Assembly (NCBI GenBank): GCA_964016885.1
Contig: OZ024742.1
Location: 85,188,001-85,252,000, forward strand
Direction of reading: 5' to 3'
From: Eledone cirrhosa
Taxonomy: Eukaryota
Length of the DNA: 64,000 bases
Both the position numbers and the translations under genes were made by a program. Below are positions 1-13,420 of the stretch, piece after piece; position 1 is the first letter of the stretch, and every line of letters begins with the position of its first letter. Under the pieces are notes generated by a model that saw nothing but the letters and a program-made list of their open reading frames with translations, had not been told where the DNA came from and searched no databases.

Positions 1-1239
1 ATGAAATCATCACAGAAATAATATTTTCTATCATATTAAACGTATAATCTGCAAACACCAGAGAAAAGAAATTATGACATTTGACGAATAAAACTGACAT
101 ATAAACTCTAATGTATTATTTAAATTTCGAGTTGGAAATAAATTTAAAATAAATTCACATTTCTTTATAAAACAACTGTTGTGAACGAAGCTTGGCCTAC
201 TACCTAATGTAGACTTACATACCCAAAGAAAAATGTGAATTGCTTTGATATTTTAACGAATACTTTTTTAATTATGTTTGGAAATAATAACGAACATTTC
301 ATAACATATTCTTCATGGACACAAAACGATTTTTTAATATTCATCTGATATAGGTAGACATTTATCTAATATGCATCTCTTCATCGCCATACACTCAACT
401 GTGTATATATATATTCTTGCTCAATCCAACACAAATTATATCCACGCACTTCTACAAATCAATATATTCTATCTACTGGGCTCTCCCTCACTTTTCACCT
501 AACATCATCATCTCTCCGGCTAACTACCCGTCCTGCATTTTGAATCACTAACACAATTTAATTTAGTTTAGCCCTTTCACTGATCTCTTAATTTTAGTTT
601 TTTAAATCAAGTACTAAACTATTTAATATGAATTATTTGCGTACATAGCAACACCATGATGATATCATTAGATCAATTGAACATTTAATTATTGATCTAT
701 CATGTGTATTCGAGCCTTTCAAATTTACCTAATTATCCATCAACACAAATAACTTTATATCTAGTTTGCTGGTAAAAATCGATGATACCGAAATTGCAGC
801 CCGTACGAATATATAACTAATCTCCATCTCCCGATAAAGTGAAATACTGCAACTGAATAACTACGCACATACTCTGCATGAAGAGAATATATCATTAAGT
901 ATTAAGTTTGCTAAAAATTCTATGATTCATCCCCTGATAATTCCTCTTGAAAATCGCTAGTATATAACAATCAGAATAACAAATACTTGGTTTTGAGTTA
1001 GTAATACCATAGAAACACATCATTATATGAGCTAGGGCTACTGATACACACAATAAATCATCAAAGCAAGCTGTCTATACGTGTTATAATTGTTTCTGCC
1101 ACTCCATCTCCTGTTAATCAATCTAGCTCATCTGAAAATAGCAAACCGAATACAATTTCAAAGTAGATACACTGATGAAACAATCCCTACTTATTTTCCA
1201 CATAATTACATTTCTGGTTATATTCCCCTTCAGGCTACG

Positions 1240-1340
1240 CAGTAGTTTTTCTAGACATACACCAATCCACATCAGTTAGTTTTTCTAGACATACACCAAT
1301 CCACATCAGTTAGTTTTCTAGACATACACCAATCCATATC
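1240..1340. repeat. Tandem repeat, ~34-bp unit x3
   Basis: Unit CAGTTAGTTTTTCTAGACATACACCAATCCACAT repeated three times with small indels. Confidence 0.85.
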
Positions 1341-2139
1341 CTCTCTAACAGCATGTATCTTCAAACTAACGTATTGCACAACATTATGAGAGGTGTTTTG
1401 ATTCCGTAGACAGTAAGCTGTGATGCAAAGATAATGTGACTGCTATGTCGAGCGGGATATAGCGTTCGGAATACTGTGATGAATGTGTTGCTACCTTCGT
1501 CATCTCTCAAGGCCATCAAAGAACAATGTACACTCTACAATAGCAACGCAAAATATAGATATTACAAACTGAAAATAATTACGTTAAAGTTTTATGTTAT
1601 TTATATTATGCAATATGAAATATCATTCAGAACATTACTGTACACAGCTGTATGATTTGTCGCATCACTGAACTCTACTATAAAATGTTATAGTTCATGC
1701 TTATCGAGGAACATTGCCCGAAAAACATGTATTACATTGACACACACATTTGTACACATATCTGCATAGAACCAAGCATACATGTATATTTTTATACATA
1801 CATATATTCTCACTTATACGCACACAAATATATATATATGTGTGTAAAATGTAAACAGAAAAATCAAAGATAATAACACAATAAATTGAAAAAAATACAT
1901 TAATTCAACGCTTGAAATGATAGGAAAAGTGCTTAAATCTTCGGATACTAGTACTTCATTAGAAGACAAAATGACTAATTCAAGATTGAATAGATAGATA
2001 AACATCGTGATGAGGAAGGAACGGATAAAATTGTATTTATATAAACATGCACATGTATAAACATATATATATATATCTATCTATATATCTATCAATCTAT
2101 ATATTCATATATCTTCATATAACTATATGTATATATATA

Positions 2140-5100
2140 CGATGTGTATTTTGTGTTAGTTAATCAAGACATACTAGAGTACGCAGTATAGAGCCCTCGA
2201 CGAAGTATACATGTAGGTCTGTCTACTCCAGATTATTGGTATAACAAAGAAGTGGAAATAAGTACGTTAGAATTTACCTTATTTAATTAAATGTATTTCA
2301 ATTGTAAACCATCATATAAAGGTTACAGGATAAACATAAAATAAAAACAAGAGTGAAAATAAAGATAAACATGAAGCGTTGGCAGTCTATGAAGATAAAG
2401 CAAGACGAAAGCTTAGAGTAGTCAGTGTATGAAACAATCTCCCGTGTAGCATGCACGCGTGTCTTATTTATACATGATTAGAGTGCGTCAGAATGATATT
2501 TGCAGGGTCAGGCAGTTGAAGCAGGTAATCGATCTTATTATGTAGGCTGAATTATTAAGTCATTTATTCTCATACATCTGTATGATATACAGTCTCGGAT
2601 GCGGGGAAACACCAAAATATCAAAAACCCTCAACATACTATAAACCTTATTGTATCGTAGGCAAGGCCGTACCACTGTCCTTGCTCACACCACCACTCAC
2701 ATAATCCATGAGACGCAATATATATATAGAGAACACGCGTCTATCGTATAATTCGCGGTGGTTCAGCATATAGTCAAGCTATAAACCGTATCCAGTCGGT
2801 TCTTAATTAATATATCATGCTGTCCAGATTCCGGAAGTGCCTCAATGACTAAGGGGAATTAATGCGTAAGGGGAGGTAACTAGCTGGTTATCTTAGTTAC
2901 ATTACTATGCTAAACTACATTAATGGTGATTCAAATACGTGCCTATCATGTGAAGTTATAACTAATATCTAGAGTATGTTACCCATTTATAGGTTAGAGA
3001 GTTGTCCATTAAGAAGTACAGGGTGTATATATTAGGATGATTACCATCCATTAATTAAGGGGTGTCATATCTGAACGTTCTATAAGAGGAGTCAGACTCT
3101 CAAGTCACTGCTCCATGCAAATGTAAAATAACAGTAGGACCTGGTATGGTCCCACTATTATATATGCCACCCGGTAGGCTCCGGGTCATTGCATGCCTGC
3201 ATCTCCAGTAAATCTTCGGTATTGTCCGGAGATCCAATCTCTCATATAAATGCACTAATCTGGCCATCAAGCAGTAGACAACCCCCGTCTCAAATATAAA
3301 TCAATTAGGTATCACATCTACAAGCTAGAGTGGAGTCTATTAATAGGTACTAAAGGGGTTCACATCAAGATGATTACGTGCATAATTCATTGAACTGATC
3401 GCTTACAGTATATAATCACTTAACAATAGGATTATCTATCTAATCATCAATCTATCTCTTGGTGGTAATCCATGCACCTGACTATGCTATCGCAACCAGT
3501 ATCGTGTCCCCAATTTATACTAATCTTATATTTGTGCAATGCAGAATAAGTAGTCCACGGTCGAGATATCAGTATTAGAGGTACAAGGGGATATTCCCAG
3601 GGTAGGTGGTACTAAAATGCTGTCAGTATTATCTTTAGAGTATAGAGATGGGTGTGGATGTGAGGTGTAAGGTGTGCTACTGATGTTAATTGCTAGGGGT
3701 GGTGCCGGTTCCAGTCTGACATTATTATATATAGGGTTTAAAGTTTTGGAACGAGTGTCGGAAGTGGTGTTGGCAATTTGCGAACACTTCTGATTTTTTA
3801 TTAAGGAGATTATGTTTAGAGAAGATGATAGTATGGGTCTCTAGTAGACAGAGGTTACAAAATTTATCAGGTGGTTTGTACGATGTTGCACTACCTACCA
3901 CTTCCCATTTAAGTGTATATATTTTATTTTTAGTTTTTAGATAGTGTATGTAGCTAGATAGTGAAGTGGAGTTGGCTAGACTGTGTTTTTTGAAAGAGTG
4001 GAGGTGCGAATTGTATCTAGTTTTGAAGCAGTTAGAAGTGGAGCCTATGTAGGTTTCAGAAGAGCTGTTAGTTGTGAGTGTACATGAGTATATGATATCC
4101 TTGGTTAAGCATTTTTTATCTAAAGGGCAGGTTCTACTTGATCTAGGGTTACAATTACTCTGGGTGTTAGTCTGCCGGTTACTATGCTGTGTAGAAGTTT
4201 GGATGTTAGCTATACGGTTATGGTTATGCGGGTTGTGGTACGCAGCGTTAATGTTTACACTAGTGCTATTACTATTATTTCCATTGATATTACGGTTATT
4301 TGTTATGATGTTACTTTGACTGTTATTTTGAATGTTATTTTGAAGGTTTATCGACCGTTGTGATTTAGTTTGTTGGAAGTAAGAATTAATTTTTCTTTTA
4401 TTTGTACTAGCTATGTGGTATGCTAAGTTGGGCGTAGTAGAGTATGAGATCTTAATAGTGTTTTTTGTTTAAAAGGCCGTGGTACCTGTGGCCGGATGGG
4501 AAGTGTTTATCTAGTAGTGAGAAGAAAGCTCTAGGAAGGTTGGTAGAGACGTTTAAATTGAAAGGAGGGTTGAAAAATGTATTATTTCCTCTTCTATTTC
4601 TGTTTTTTATGTCTGGTGATTTGTTTCCTTTAATGTTCCTATGGTCATTTCTGTGGTGCGGGTTACTCTTGTTGTTACAATCCCTATTAGTGTGTGTGCA
4701 GTTGCTATTCCTATTATTAAATTTTCCCATGGACATGTTGTGTGAAATGATGTTGTAGCTTTGTGTTTTTGTAGGTAGGAACTCTATCCCTGTATTATGG
4801 CCTGATCTAGCTAATGCCTGATTATAATACTGCGAGTTATTGTTAAATGTGTTTATGTCATAGGATAGATTAGAGATTCTATTAGATACTCCCTTAGAGA
4901 TAGAGTTCAACATAGATTTAGGGTGGTTAGACTTGGTATCTACGTAGATGAGTTTTTCATTAGGTTTGTGGAAAGGTGCATATATCATTGAGTCTAAGTA
5001 GAGTGTGGCGTCTAGGAAGTTGACGTTTTTGGTGTTTTTGTCCATGGTAATACTAAGGTTAAAGTTTTTGAATGTTTTGTGCAATAGTTTTCTAGTCCTT

Positions 5101-5810
5101 TCTATATCGATTTTTTTATAGTCTATAAGTAGAAGTGCATCGTCGCGATACAAACCACCGCTGAGGTACGGAAGTTCCCTGTGGATTAGGTTAAGTAAGT
5201 ATAGGCCAACCAAATCAGTGACCTGCGCCGAGTCACTAGACCCCATAGTAATGTCGAAGTTGTTTTGCGTATCCTTGCGGGTCCATAATTGGTCCTCAAA
5301 GGTGATTATTGTTTTACGGGCCGCAAGTATGACATCAATATGGGGTCTAGTCAAGTCACTATTGTCCATGGCCATTATAAGTGCCTTATTTAGTAGGATA
5401 GGGGAAATAGAGGTGTAGTAAGAGTTGATATCAAATTGAATACATTTTTTATCCTTGTTATCTATGATATTTTTGAACCATTCAATCACTTCACCCGTAT
5501 TTCCCCATTGCTTAAGGTAAATCTTGTGTTTAATCTGTGGGATGATTTTGTCTAGGATTTTTTTACTGATAATGCCAATGTCAGACCTGGAGGGGCAGAT
5601 TAGTCTAAACGAGGGGTTGCTAATGAAGTCTACCTTATGGTCCTTCAGAGAGAATCTAGGGGGGTTTGGGGTGTAAGGTTGTGTATGTCTCTGGAGCCCT
5701 AGTTTGGATACTATATTATAGCCTTCCATATTAATATCTTCTAAGTTTTTCATAGTGTTTTTCTTGTAGCTTTTATGTTATTACATTGAGCTATTTATCT
5801 ATTTATCTTA
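2140..5810 (-). mobile_element. Penelope-like retroelement (RT + GIY-YIG), 5'-truncated, with long 3' non-coding region
   Basis: Coding part at 3725-5753. The distal end (2190-2320) shares CTCGACGAAGT...TACTCC with the HHR-bearing segment at ~6020-6060. The 3' boundary is approximate. Confidence 0.8.
3725..5753 (-). pseudogene. PLE reverse transcriptase + GIY-YIG endonuclease with one frameshift
   Basis: ORF 4452-5753 has the RT motifs QFDINSYY, ITMGSSDSAQVTDLVG and LYRDD. Removing one A in the run at ~4461-4466 continues an open frame (NTIKISYSTTPNL...CPLDKKCL..IIYSC..YIGSTSNCFKTRY..CNLCLLE..LNKKSE) to TAA at 3725. Confidence 0.92.
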
Positions 5811-5922
5811 CTGGTAATAGGATAGTAATTAATGACTATCTCTCACTATTTAGGGTTTGTGTATATATAATATATTACCATTAAAGGTTTTATTGCATAC
5901 ATAGCCATAAATAGTACCCTTA

Positions 5923-5971
<49 letters not shown>

Positions 5972-6117
5972 TTTTGAGTTTATGTTGGTTGTATACCAAC
6001 ACCTCAGTATGCAGGCTGGAGCACTCGACGAAGTGCGCAGGTTGGTTTGGTTACTCCGGAGTAGTGTAAAATAAAGTTAAATAAAAGTCAAATGATTAAA
6101 ATTTAGCTTCGTTTATT

Positions 6118-6172
6118 ACTGCTATATATATTTCAGTGACAGCCATCATTGGCTGTGACCTCTTCAGGCAGT
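6118..6172 (-). ncRNA. Minimal type I hammerhead ribozyme
   Basis: Minus strand: ACTGC-CTGAAGA-GGTCACAGCC aatgat GGCTGTCACT-GAAA-tatata-TA-GCAGT (5-bp stem I, stem II, palindromic stem III). Confidence 0.85.
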
Positions 6173-7128
6173 TTGAATTAGTATGGTATAGACAAGTACA
6201 TATGTTGTTTAGGTGTATGATATTGTCAATACTCTGATATGCCCAGTTCCTTGCTGGGTTGTTAATTCACTGGGGAACTGGAGTCATATGAATTCAAACA
6301 AACGAATTTTCGTGTCACAGGTCCCCTTCTCCTCTCATTGGTCAGTTATTAGTGTTGTCATTGTTGGAGTTAGCTTAAAAATTGATAAAATGGTAGAAGG
6401 GACAAGGTGTTGAAGGAACAAAATATCAAAAAATGTGTCAAACTTCCCATTGTTCAGTTCTGAGAGCATTCCTCAGTCAGAAGTCTATAGAATTCTTTCT
6501 GGGGTGAGGCTCCCTGTGGTGTTTATGCCTGCTATTGTTCAGTACATTTGACCTCCACCATTATTTTGGTACTGTTGTTGTTGTAGTGGTCAGCTTATAC
6601 CTTGCTGCTGCTAACAAATTAGAAGTATTCAGTTTGTGTTTTCTCTTCATCCCACCCGCCACCATCGTAGTGGTGGTGGCGGGGGGGGGGGGGGTTCTTT
6701 CATGTATATGAAGAAATATAAGGCAATAAATGAAGAAAACAGAAGATAAATAAATAATATAATAAAATAAAATAATTAATATAATTTGTGTAATTTGAAA
6801 ATAAATAAATAAATAAATAGAGAATAAAGAATAAAGAGTAAATGAGAGATTGGTGAAAAAGTAATGATAATGTATATGGAGAAGTGAGAAATAATGTAGG
6901 ATAAAGTGTGTGTGTGTGTGTGCTATAACCAATCTCAAGGTCAGAATATGTTGGATAGATTGGTATGATACAAGATGTTAAGATGAGATATTCAATGTGT
7001 TTGTGTTACAATCTATCTCAACTTAAAATACATATAAGGTTATACAGTGAAGAGGGCAGAAAACAAATAACAAATTAATAAAGAGAAATCAAGATTTAAG
7101 ATTGGAACTTTAAGGTCAGAAATCTGGT

Positions 7129-7608
7129 AAATTAAAAGTGTTTGTGTTATAGATGTTGGCCAGATTATTATGGCTGTGTCCGATTCTATCTCTAGGCTAT
7201 CATGGTGTCTGCTCCGCCTGGGTTGTTCCCTATGACTTGAGGGGAGTTCACAACCTAGGGTGTTGTAATTGTCCATATAGCTTGAGGGAGGTCTGGCCAG
7301 AGGTGTTTTCATGTTCTGTAGAAGTCCCTATAGCTTGAGGGGAGTTCACATCTTCTTGTGTTGCTACTGTCCATATAATTTGAGAAAGGTCCCGGCTCCA
7401 AGCTATAGGGACTTCTACAGAACATGAAAACACCTCTCGGCCAGACCTCCCTCAAGCTATATGGACAATTACAACACCCTAGGTTGTGAACTCCCCTCAA
7501 GCCATAGGGAACAACCCAGGCGGAGCAGACACCATGATAGCCTAGAGATAGAATCGGACACAGCCATAATAATCTGGCCAACATCTATAACACAAACACT
7601 TTTAATTT
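7129..7608. repeat. Near-perfect inverted repeat, ~210-bp arms, ~60-bp spacer
   Basis: 7129-7337 is the reverse complement of 7399-7608 with only a few differences; this explains the mirror ORFs in the track. Confidence 0.95.
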
Positions 7609-8339
7609 CAATACTTTTTTCACAGATTGTACCCAGAAATGAAATATTAGTTTGCTTGCTTTCATAAAGAGAATGGCATTCGGTTTGACCGTATGAAGTT
7701 ACCTATTAGTTGGACTGTGATATAATCATGGATGTGTTGAAGCCCTTATGCTTATTGTTATTGATTGCAGAGTCGTTCTTGTGGAAGAGGAATTTCGGAA
7801 TTAATTATTACTTCCATTATAAATTTACAACTTGAATATTGTTGGTAATAAATCGGCTTATTTTAACGTTCGATAGTAGAAATGTCAACACGATTAGATA
7901 GTCCGGAGGGAATGAAAATGTGTAAATGTCACGTCGACACGGAGAGCATAAAATATTAAATTATCGACGGATGCTCTTGCGGTTTAATAACGTATTTGCA
8001 AATGGGTTTCACAATACGCGAGATATTTAAACATACAGCAGCATGTAAATAAGTAGATAGGCTATGTATCACATATGCGCGAAAGTATCGGCATTCCTCT
8101 AGGAATCTGTCAAGATTATCGACTTTGAAATACTTCTTTGACTCGTTCACTTATTTGTCTATCATTGTATAAATGTCAACTTCAGTAATATTTAATTACT
8201 TTGCTTAACATACATGTGAATACTTATGTATATACAAGGTGTCACAAAATAATGTATATACACACTCTTCAACAATATTCTAATATATATTGCCTGAGCT
8301 GGTAATCAATCTTTCTATACATTCTATGGGACGCCCTGT

Positions 8340-8403
<64 letters not shown>

Positions 8404-8620
8404 AAGGAAAAGAGAGTGCTCTATGTAGGCTACAGAGCTTTTTAGATTTGTAATAATCAACATAAGATAATTATTTCATTTGCCAGTGCCTTCATTCATC
8501 AGAAAGAATAATATGAAATATTTATTTAATATGAATTTGAAAACAGAATTCAGGATAAATGAAAATGAGGCTGAAATAAAATAACGGGCAAAAAATTGAG
8601 GCAAAAAATATATAAATAAA

Positions 8621-10217
8621 CTAGCAGACGTGCCCGGCGTTGCTAGGAGTTTAATTGCTTTAAAGTACTCTTAATGATTCCCCTCAATTATGATTATTGA
8701 GGTAAAGAAAGTAAATACGGGTAAGCAAGGAAGGGGGAAGCGAAATATTTCAATTGAACAGTGAATCAGTGGAAAGTGAGTACTAAGTAAGTTGTATGAA
8801 GAATGCACGTCAAATAGTAGGTCAAACCTGTAAGCCAAGCCCGTCTGAGTTATAGCACAAAAGAGCGTAAACAGGGGCGATAATTTGGAGCAACTGGAAT
8901 AAAAAAATCAAAATCGGACGTTCCTGAAAAAAGTTTTCTCATTATTTTTTGGCCTCATATTGCTAAAAACAAAGAAAAAAATTACAAAAAGGACAACAAT
9001 AAATATATAATGTCTTTATTGAGATTCAAGTAAATAAATGCTTAAGCGTCGTTATGACTACATTTGTTACTATATGAATTCATCTGTTGCTTTTGAATAT
9101 TTGTTATTTTATGTAAAATGTAATGGTCAAATACGGGTCGCTCTAGAAATCTACGTTACTTCATCCAGACAGACTACTTCAAAGTATTTTATAATCTATA
9201 TATGATTTTAGTGCAGAAAACAAAGGTTTATATGTATGATATATTATATTTTCCTCTTAGTTTTTGTTCATTTTTCTCTTTAGTGCTCTTTCTTGACTAA
9301 ATACAAAGCTTTTTATTCCTGGTTAATTTTCAGCTATTTAGTATTTTTATTTAAAAACAAAAGGTTTTATTCAGTTCTAAACATTTCCTCGTCTTTTATC
9401 TAAATAATTTGTCTTCATACCGAACCTGTTGTATATTTTTTCTCAGTCTTCCAAAATGTGGAGACATCTGTTGTCCTCGGCCCCAGGACTACCTCCTTAC
9501 TCACCACCATAGGCGGTGAGCTGGCCAACCGCAGGTGTGAGCCCCGCTAGTTGGAGTGGCTTTTCTAGCGCGTCTCACTTGCCGTCATCCGAGGAAACGC
9601 CTTCTCCATTCTGTCCGCCGGGGCTGTGGGTGGGTCCCATCGCGTACCGTTGTAGTTGTTGTATACATGTATTAACTCAGAAAATGTTTTGAATGAAATG
9701 TATTTAGTTTTATCGGCCTTTTAAGTTTTGTTATTTGATGTATGAGCGTCGTTATGACTGTTTGTTGTTGTATAAATTGATGTGTTGCTTAGTTTTCAAA
9801 GTTTATGTCGCGTTCCTGAAGGAAGTTTTGTCGTTGTTAGAGTTGCAGAGGAAATTGAGAGGAAAGTAGAGGGAGGGATGAACCTTATAAAGAGAGTTGC
9901 AGAGGAGATTGAGAGGGGAGTAGAGGGAGGGATGAACCTTTTAAAGAGAGTTGCAGCATGTATGTAGTTTCATCGATTTTTGAGGGTAGTAGAGAGAGGG
10001 ATTAGACGTGTAAGAGAGTGGGTTACAGCATGTTTTTATTTTATCGGTTTTTTAATAGAAGCAGGAAATTTCTGGCAAAGTTTATTACCCGTTGACCATC
10101 GTTGGTACATTTGGAGCACATTGAAAAAAAAAAATCAAAATCGGTAGAGAAATATGGAAATGCATGAAAATCATACACACACACATACAGACATCTTCCG
10201 TTTTATATATATAGAGA
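8621..10217 (-). mobile_element. Non-autonomous Helitron
   Basis: Minus strand starts TC(TCTATATATA) and ends GCAACGCCGGGCACGTCTG-CTAG with a degenerate subterminal hairpin. It is inserted between A and T without a TSD, and the empty site GGATA|TTTATTT is visible at ~11401-11412. Internal ~54-bp tandem repeats lie at 9839-9958. Confidence 0.88.
9458..9679 (+). pseudogene. Fragment of CRE-clade LINE endonuclease C-terminus inside the Helitron
   Basis: Translates VETSVVLGPRTTSLLTTIGGELANRRCEPR*LEWLF*RVSLAVIRGNAFSIL, homologous to 37590-37800 on the minus strand. Confidence 0.85.
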
Positions 10218-11514
10218 TATCCAAAACATAAACATACACACACTCAAACTCACACATATACGTAATAGTACGTAAACGTATACATTCACACATAAGTATA
10301 TGTGGGTCTACATGGAAATACAAATACACACATATAAACGTGTGATCTTTTGCTCACATATGCGCACACACAAAGCGCACATTCACACAGTTATTCAGTA
10401 ATAACGTAGAATTATATATACACATGTGTGTTAATGTATGTATGTATATGTATGTATGCATATATATATATTTATATATGTATATATACATATTGTGAGT
10501 GTGTGGTTGTAGGTATACGGTTATGTGCGTGTCCGTTTAAGTGTATATTCACATATGTTTGTATACATATTTTTATGTGTAAATGAAGTATTTCCGTCGG
10601 AAAGGTACAGGAAAAAAGAGTGCTTTATGTAGGTTACAGAGCTTATTAGTTATGTAATAAACAAAATAGGATAATTATTTCATTTACCAGTGGTTTCTGG
10701 TATGTCGTGTCTGTCTCCAGTCGTAAGAATAAATAAATAACATGGCTTTTTTATTTTTTATTAAATATCCTTATATATATTTATATATTCATTTTTATAC
10801 CCCAGAAAAAAAATTTCGTTGTCAACATGTCCCTTTATGCTTTTATTTTTATTTTTATATCTTATTCTTTCTTTATTTATTCTTTTAACTTTTGATTTTT
10901 TGATGTTTTGATTTGGTTTATTCATATCTGTTCCTCTACTACCTTCTAATGTATCTTGTAGTATGGGGCCTATACGTGTGATCAAGTGTATGCGCACGCA
11001 TAACCGTAAGTGCGCGCGCGTGCGTCTGAACATTTATGTGTATACATGCGTACATTGGCAAACGTGCGTATGAATGTTTACACATGCTTATATGTGCTTG
11101 AGTAGATATATGTATGTGTATGTATATATACACACATATGTGTGTATATATATATATATATGTATATATGTGTGCGAGTATGCATAGAGATATTTGTGAA
11201 TGTGTGTGAATGTGCATGTGTGTATATATATTTATACGTTATTACTGTGTACCTGTGTGAATGTGCGCTTAGTGAGTGCGCATAAGTGAGCCAAAGATCA
11301 CACGTTTATATGTGTGTATTTGTATTTCCATGTAGACGCACATATATTTATGTTCTATTATGTATATGCATGAGTTTGAGTATGTGTATATTTATGTTTT
11401 GGATATTTATTTATATATTTTTCGCCTCAATCTTTGCCCGTTAATTTATTTCAGCCTCACTTTCATTTATCCTAAATTCTGTTTTTAAATCCATATTAAA
11501 TAAATATTTCATAC

Positions 11515-11581
11515 TATTCTTTCTGATGAATGAAGACAGACATAAATATCTGTCTTCAAGAAACCACTGGTAAATGAAATA
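11515..11581 (+). ncRNA. Type I hammerhead ribozyme
   Basis: CTGATGA-aTGAAGACAGA cataaata TCTGTCTTCAa-GAAA-ccactgg-TA; stem I is imperfect. Confidence 0.7.
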
Positions 11582-11605
11582 ATTATCTTATGTTGTTTAT
11601 TACAT

Positions 11606-11676
<71 letters not shown>

Positions 11677-13046
11677 TGAAATAAACGCTAGAAATGAATT
11701 CCAATGTTACGTGTGCATTTAGATGTATTTCTACAATGATATTGTGATAACAAAAGAGACTTAGATGAAATTCAATATGCGCCACTTTTTTATAAACTAT
11801 TTACTGTGAACAATGGACTATCACTAAAGTGCGGAATTTGCTTCCAGCATTAATGTTAGCTTTAACAAAATATACAACATTGAGCTTTTGGGAATGCTTG
11901 CATTTACAATATGAAACATAAAATAATTGTGTCATAAATTCACAATCAATTACACAATTTCTTCGTTAGTCTTTACTGTCCTTACACATGTAATTAAGCA
12001 TGTGCATTTAGACAGAAATATAACTCTCAGGAATTGGGTGTTGACCTAGATTTATGAATTCCAGTTCGATACATAATTATTCTCTCACCGTTCAAGATAC
12101 AACAGTGATCTGTATCTCAAAACACACGCAATTTTCAGAAACCTGGATGTTCATTCGACATAAATCAGTCCACAGTATCAGCTACATTATTCCACAAAAT
12201 ATGTGGATGCATGGCTGCTCTGCATATCAGGAAAATATACAATGAACAAACAAACATCTACGGTAATTATTGAATAATAAATAGAAAAAACAAAGAGACT
12301 TGAATTTGAGGGATTAAACGTGATATTTACGCAGGAAATATAATGCAATATTCTACATCACAACGGTGATTTAAATGAGAGAAGGGAACAGTTTAGGCTG
12401 AGCACACATAACACTAAACTTTATACATAAAGCAATCTTTGATATTCCAGATAGTTAACCATCGTGAATATACGTGGACTTATATGGATGTATACATATG
12501 TGTATAATCACATGCATGACGTTTCCCATGTGTAACTAGATACATATTTTATCAACAACCACTCAAGCCACAGACTTGAGGAAAGATTCACATTAAAGTA
12601 AGGCACATTCAGCCAACTGCCATCTTATATATGTGCGTGTGCGTACACTCTCACACGTGTGTGAATATGAATATCTGTATTTGTACACATTCATATTTTC
12701 ATAGATATATAAACAGATATTAGTAAAGAAAAATATTCCACACCACCGCCAAATACATAACCGGTCCTCATGAATATAATTCCCTGGATATTAGGAAAAA
12801 CGTATTTTTCTCTGTACTTTATAAGAAAATGCTTTATCAGAATTAACCTGATTTTATGAACGGATTTTCAATTCTGCGAAAGAAAACAATATCTCGGAAG
12901 AATATATTTAAAAACGTACTAAAGATGGATAGTTGGTTTATACGGTTTGGTCGTTTCAAATGATCTGATGTCTCTACTATCAGGATGAAACGTGAGTATT
13001 CTATGAAATTGAATTGCTTACGATCTCTTTTTGTTTAATAATTATA

Positions 13047-13218
13047 ATAATTGGTTCTATCTTTGGCACACGACCAGTACATTATCGGTACTTTATTTTA
13101 TCGACCCCGTAATGATGAAAGGCGAAGTTAACCTCGGCGGAATTTGAACTCAGATAGTGAAAGCCGTAAATCAATGCTGCGAAGCATGGCGTCCGACCCT
13201 CTATCGATACTGCAAAAT
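13047..13218 (-). mobile_element. tRNA-derived SINE
   Basis: B box GAGTTCAAATTCC and conserved body ACCCCGTAATGATGAAAGGC shared with the other copies. Confidence 0.85.
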
Positions 13219-13228
13219 GGTAATTATA

Positions 13229-13420
13229 ATAATTGTTTCTATATTAGGCACAGGGCCAGCAATTACCCAGTACGTTACTGGTACTTTAATTTATCGATCC
13301 CGTAAAGATGAAAGGCAAAGTTACCCTCTGCGTGATTTGAACTCAGATCATAAAGGGACGTAACTCTATGCTTCAAAGCATGGTGTCCGATTCTCTAACG
13401 ATACTGCCAATCCACCGCCC
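13229..13420 (-). mobile_element. tRNA-derived SINE
   Basis: 5' GGGCGGTGGATTGGCAGTATCGTTAG (A box), B box GAGTTCAAATC, 3' AGAAACAATTAT. Confidence 0.88.

Larger units (their letters stand above)
5972..7608 (-). mobile_element. Non-coding PLE pLTR-like remnant with HHR and terminal inverted duplication
   Basis: Starts next to (TA)n(GA)n, carries the HHR at 6118-6172, and ends in the inverted repeat 7129-7608. Confidence 0.55.
8399..11605. mobile_element. HHR-bearing inverted-repeat PLE remnant interrupted by a Helitron
   Basis: 8450-8620 joined to 10218-10390 is the reverse complement of ~11250-11600. A third partial copy lies at ~10603-10698. The structure is flanked by (TA)n on both sides. 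Confidence 0.7.

Noticed and set aside
1240-1340. CRISPR-like appearance of the 34-bp repeat (also 63617-63927)
   Set aside because: The first has no unique spacers and the second is internal to a Helitron; the context is eukaryotic with no cas genes
2190-2325. HHR at the end of the first PLE
   Set aside because: A stem II remnant and GAAA are present on the minus strand, but the CUGANGA half is missing
8621-10217. Helentron/HINE interpretation (TT target)
   Set aside because: TC...CTAG termini and an A|T target fit a canonical Helitron better
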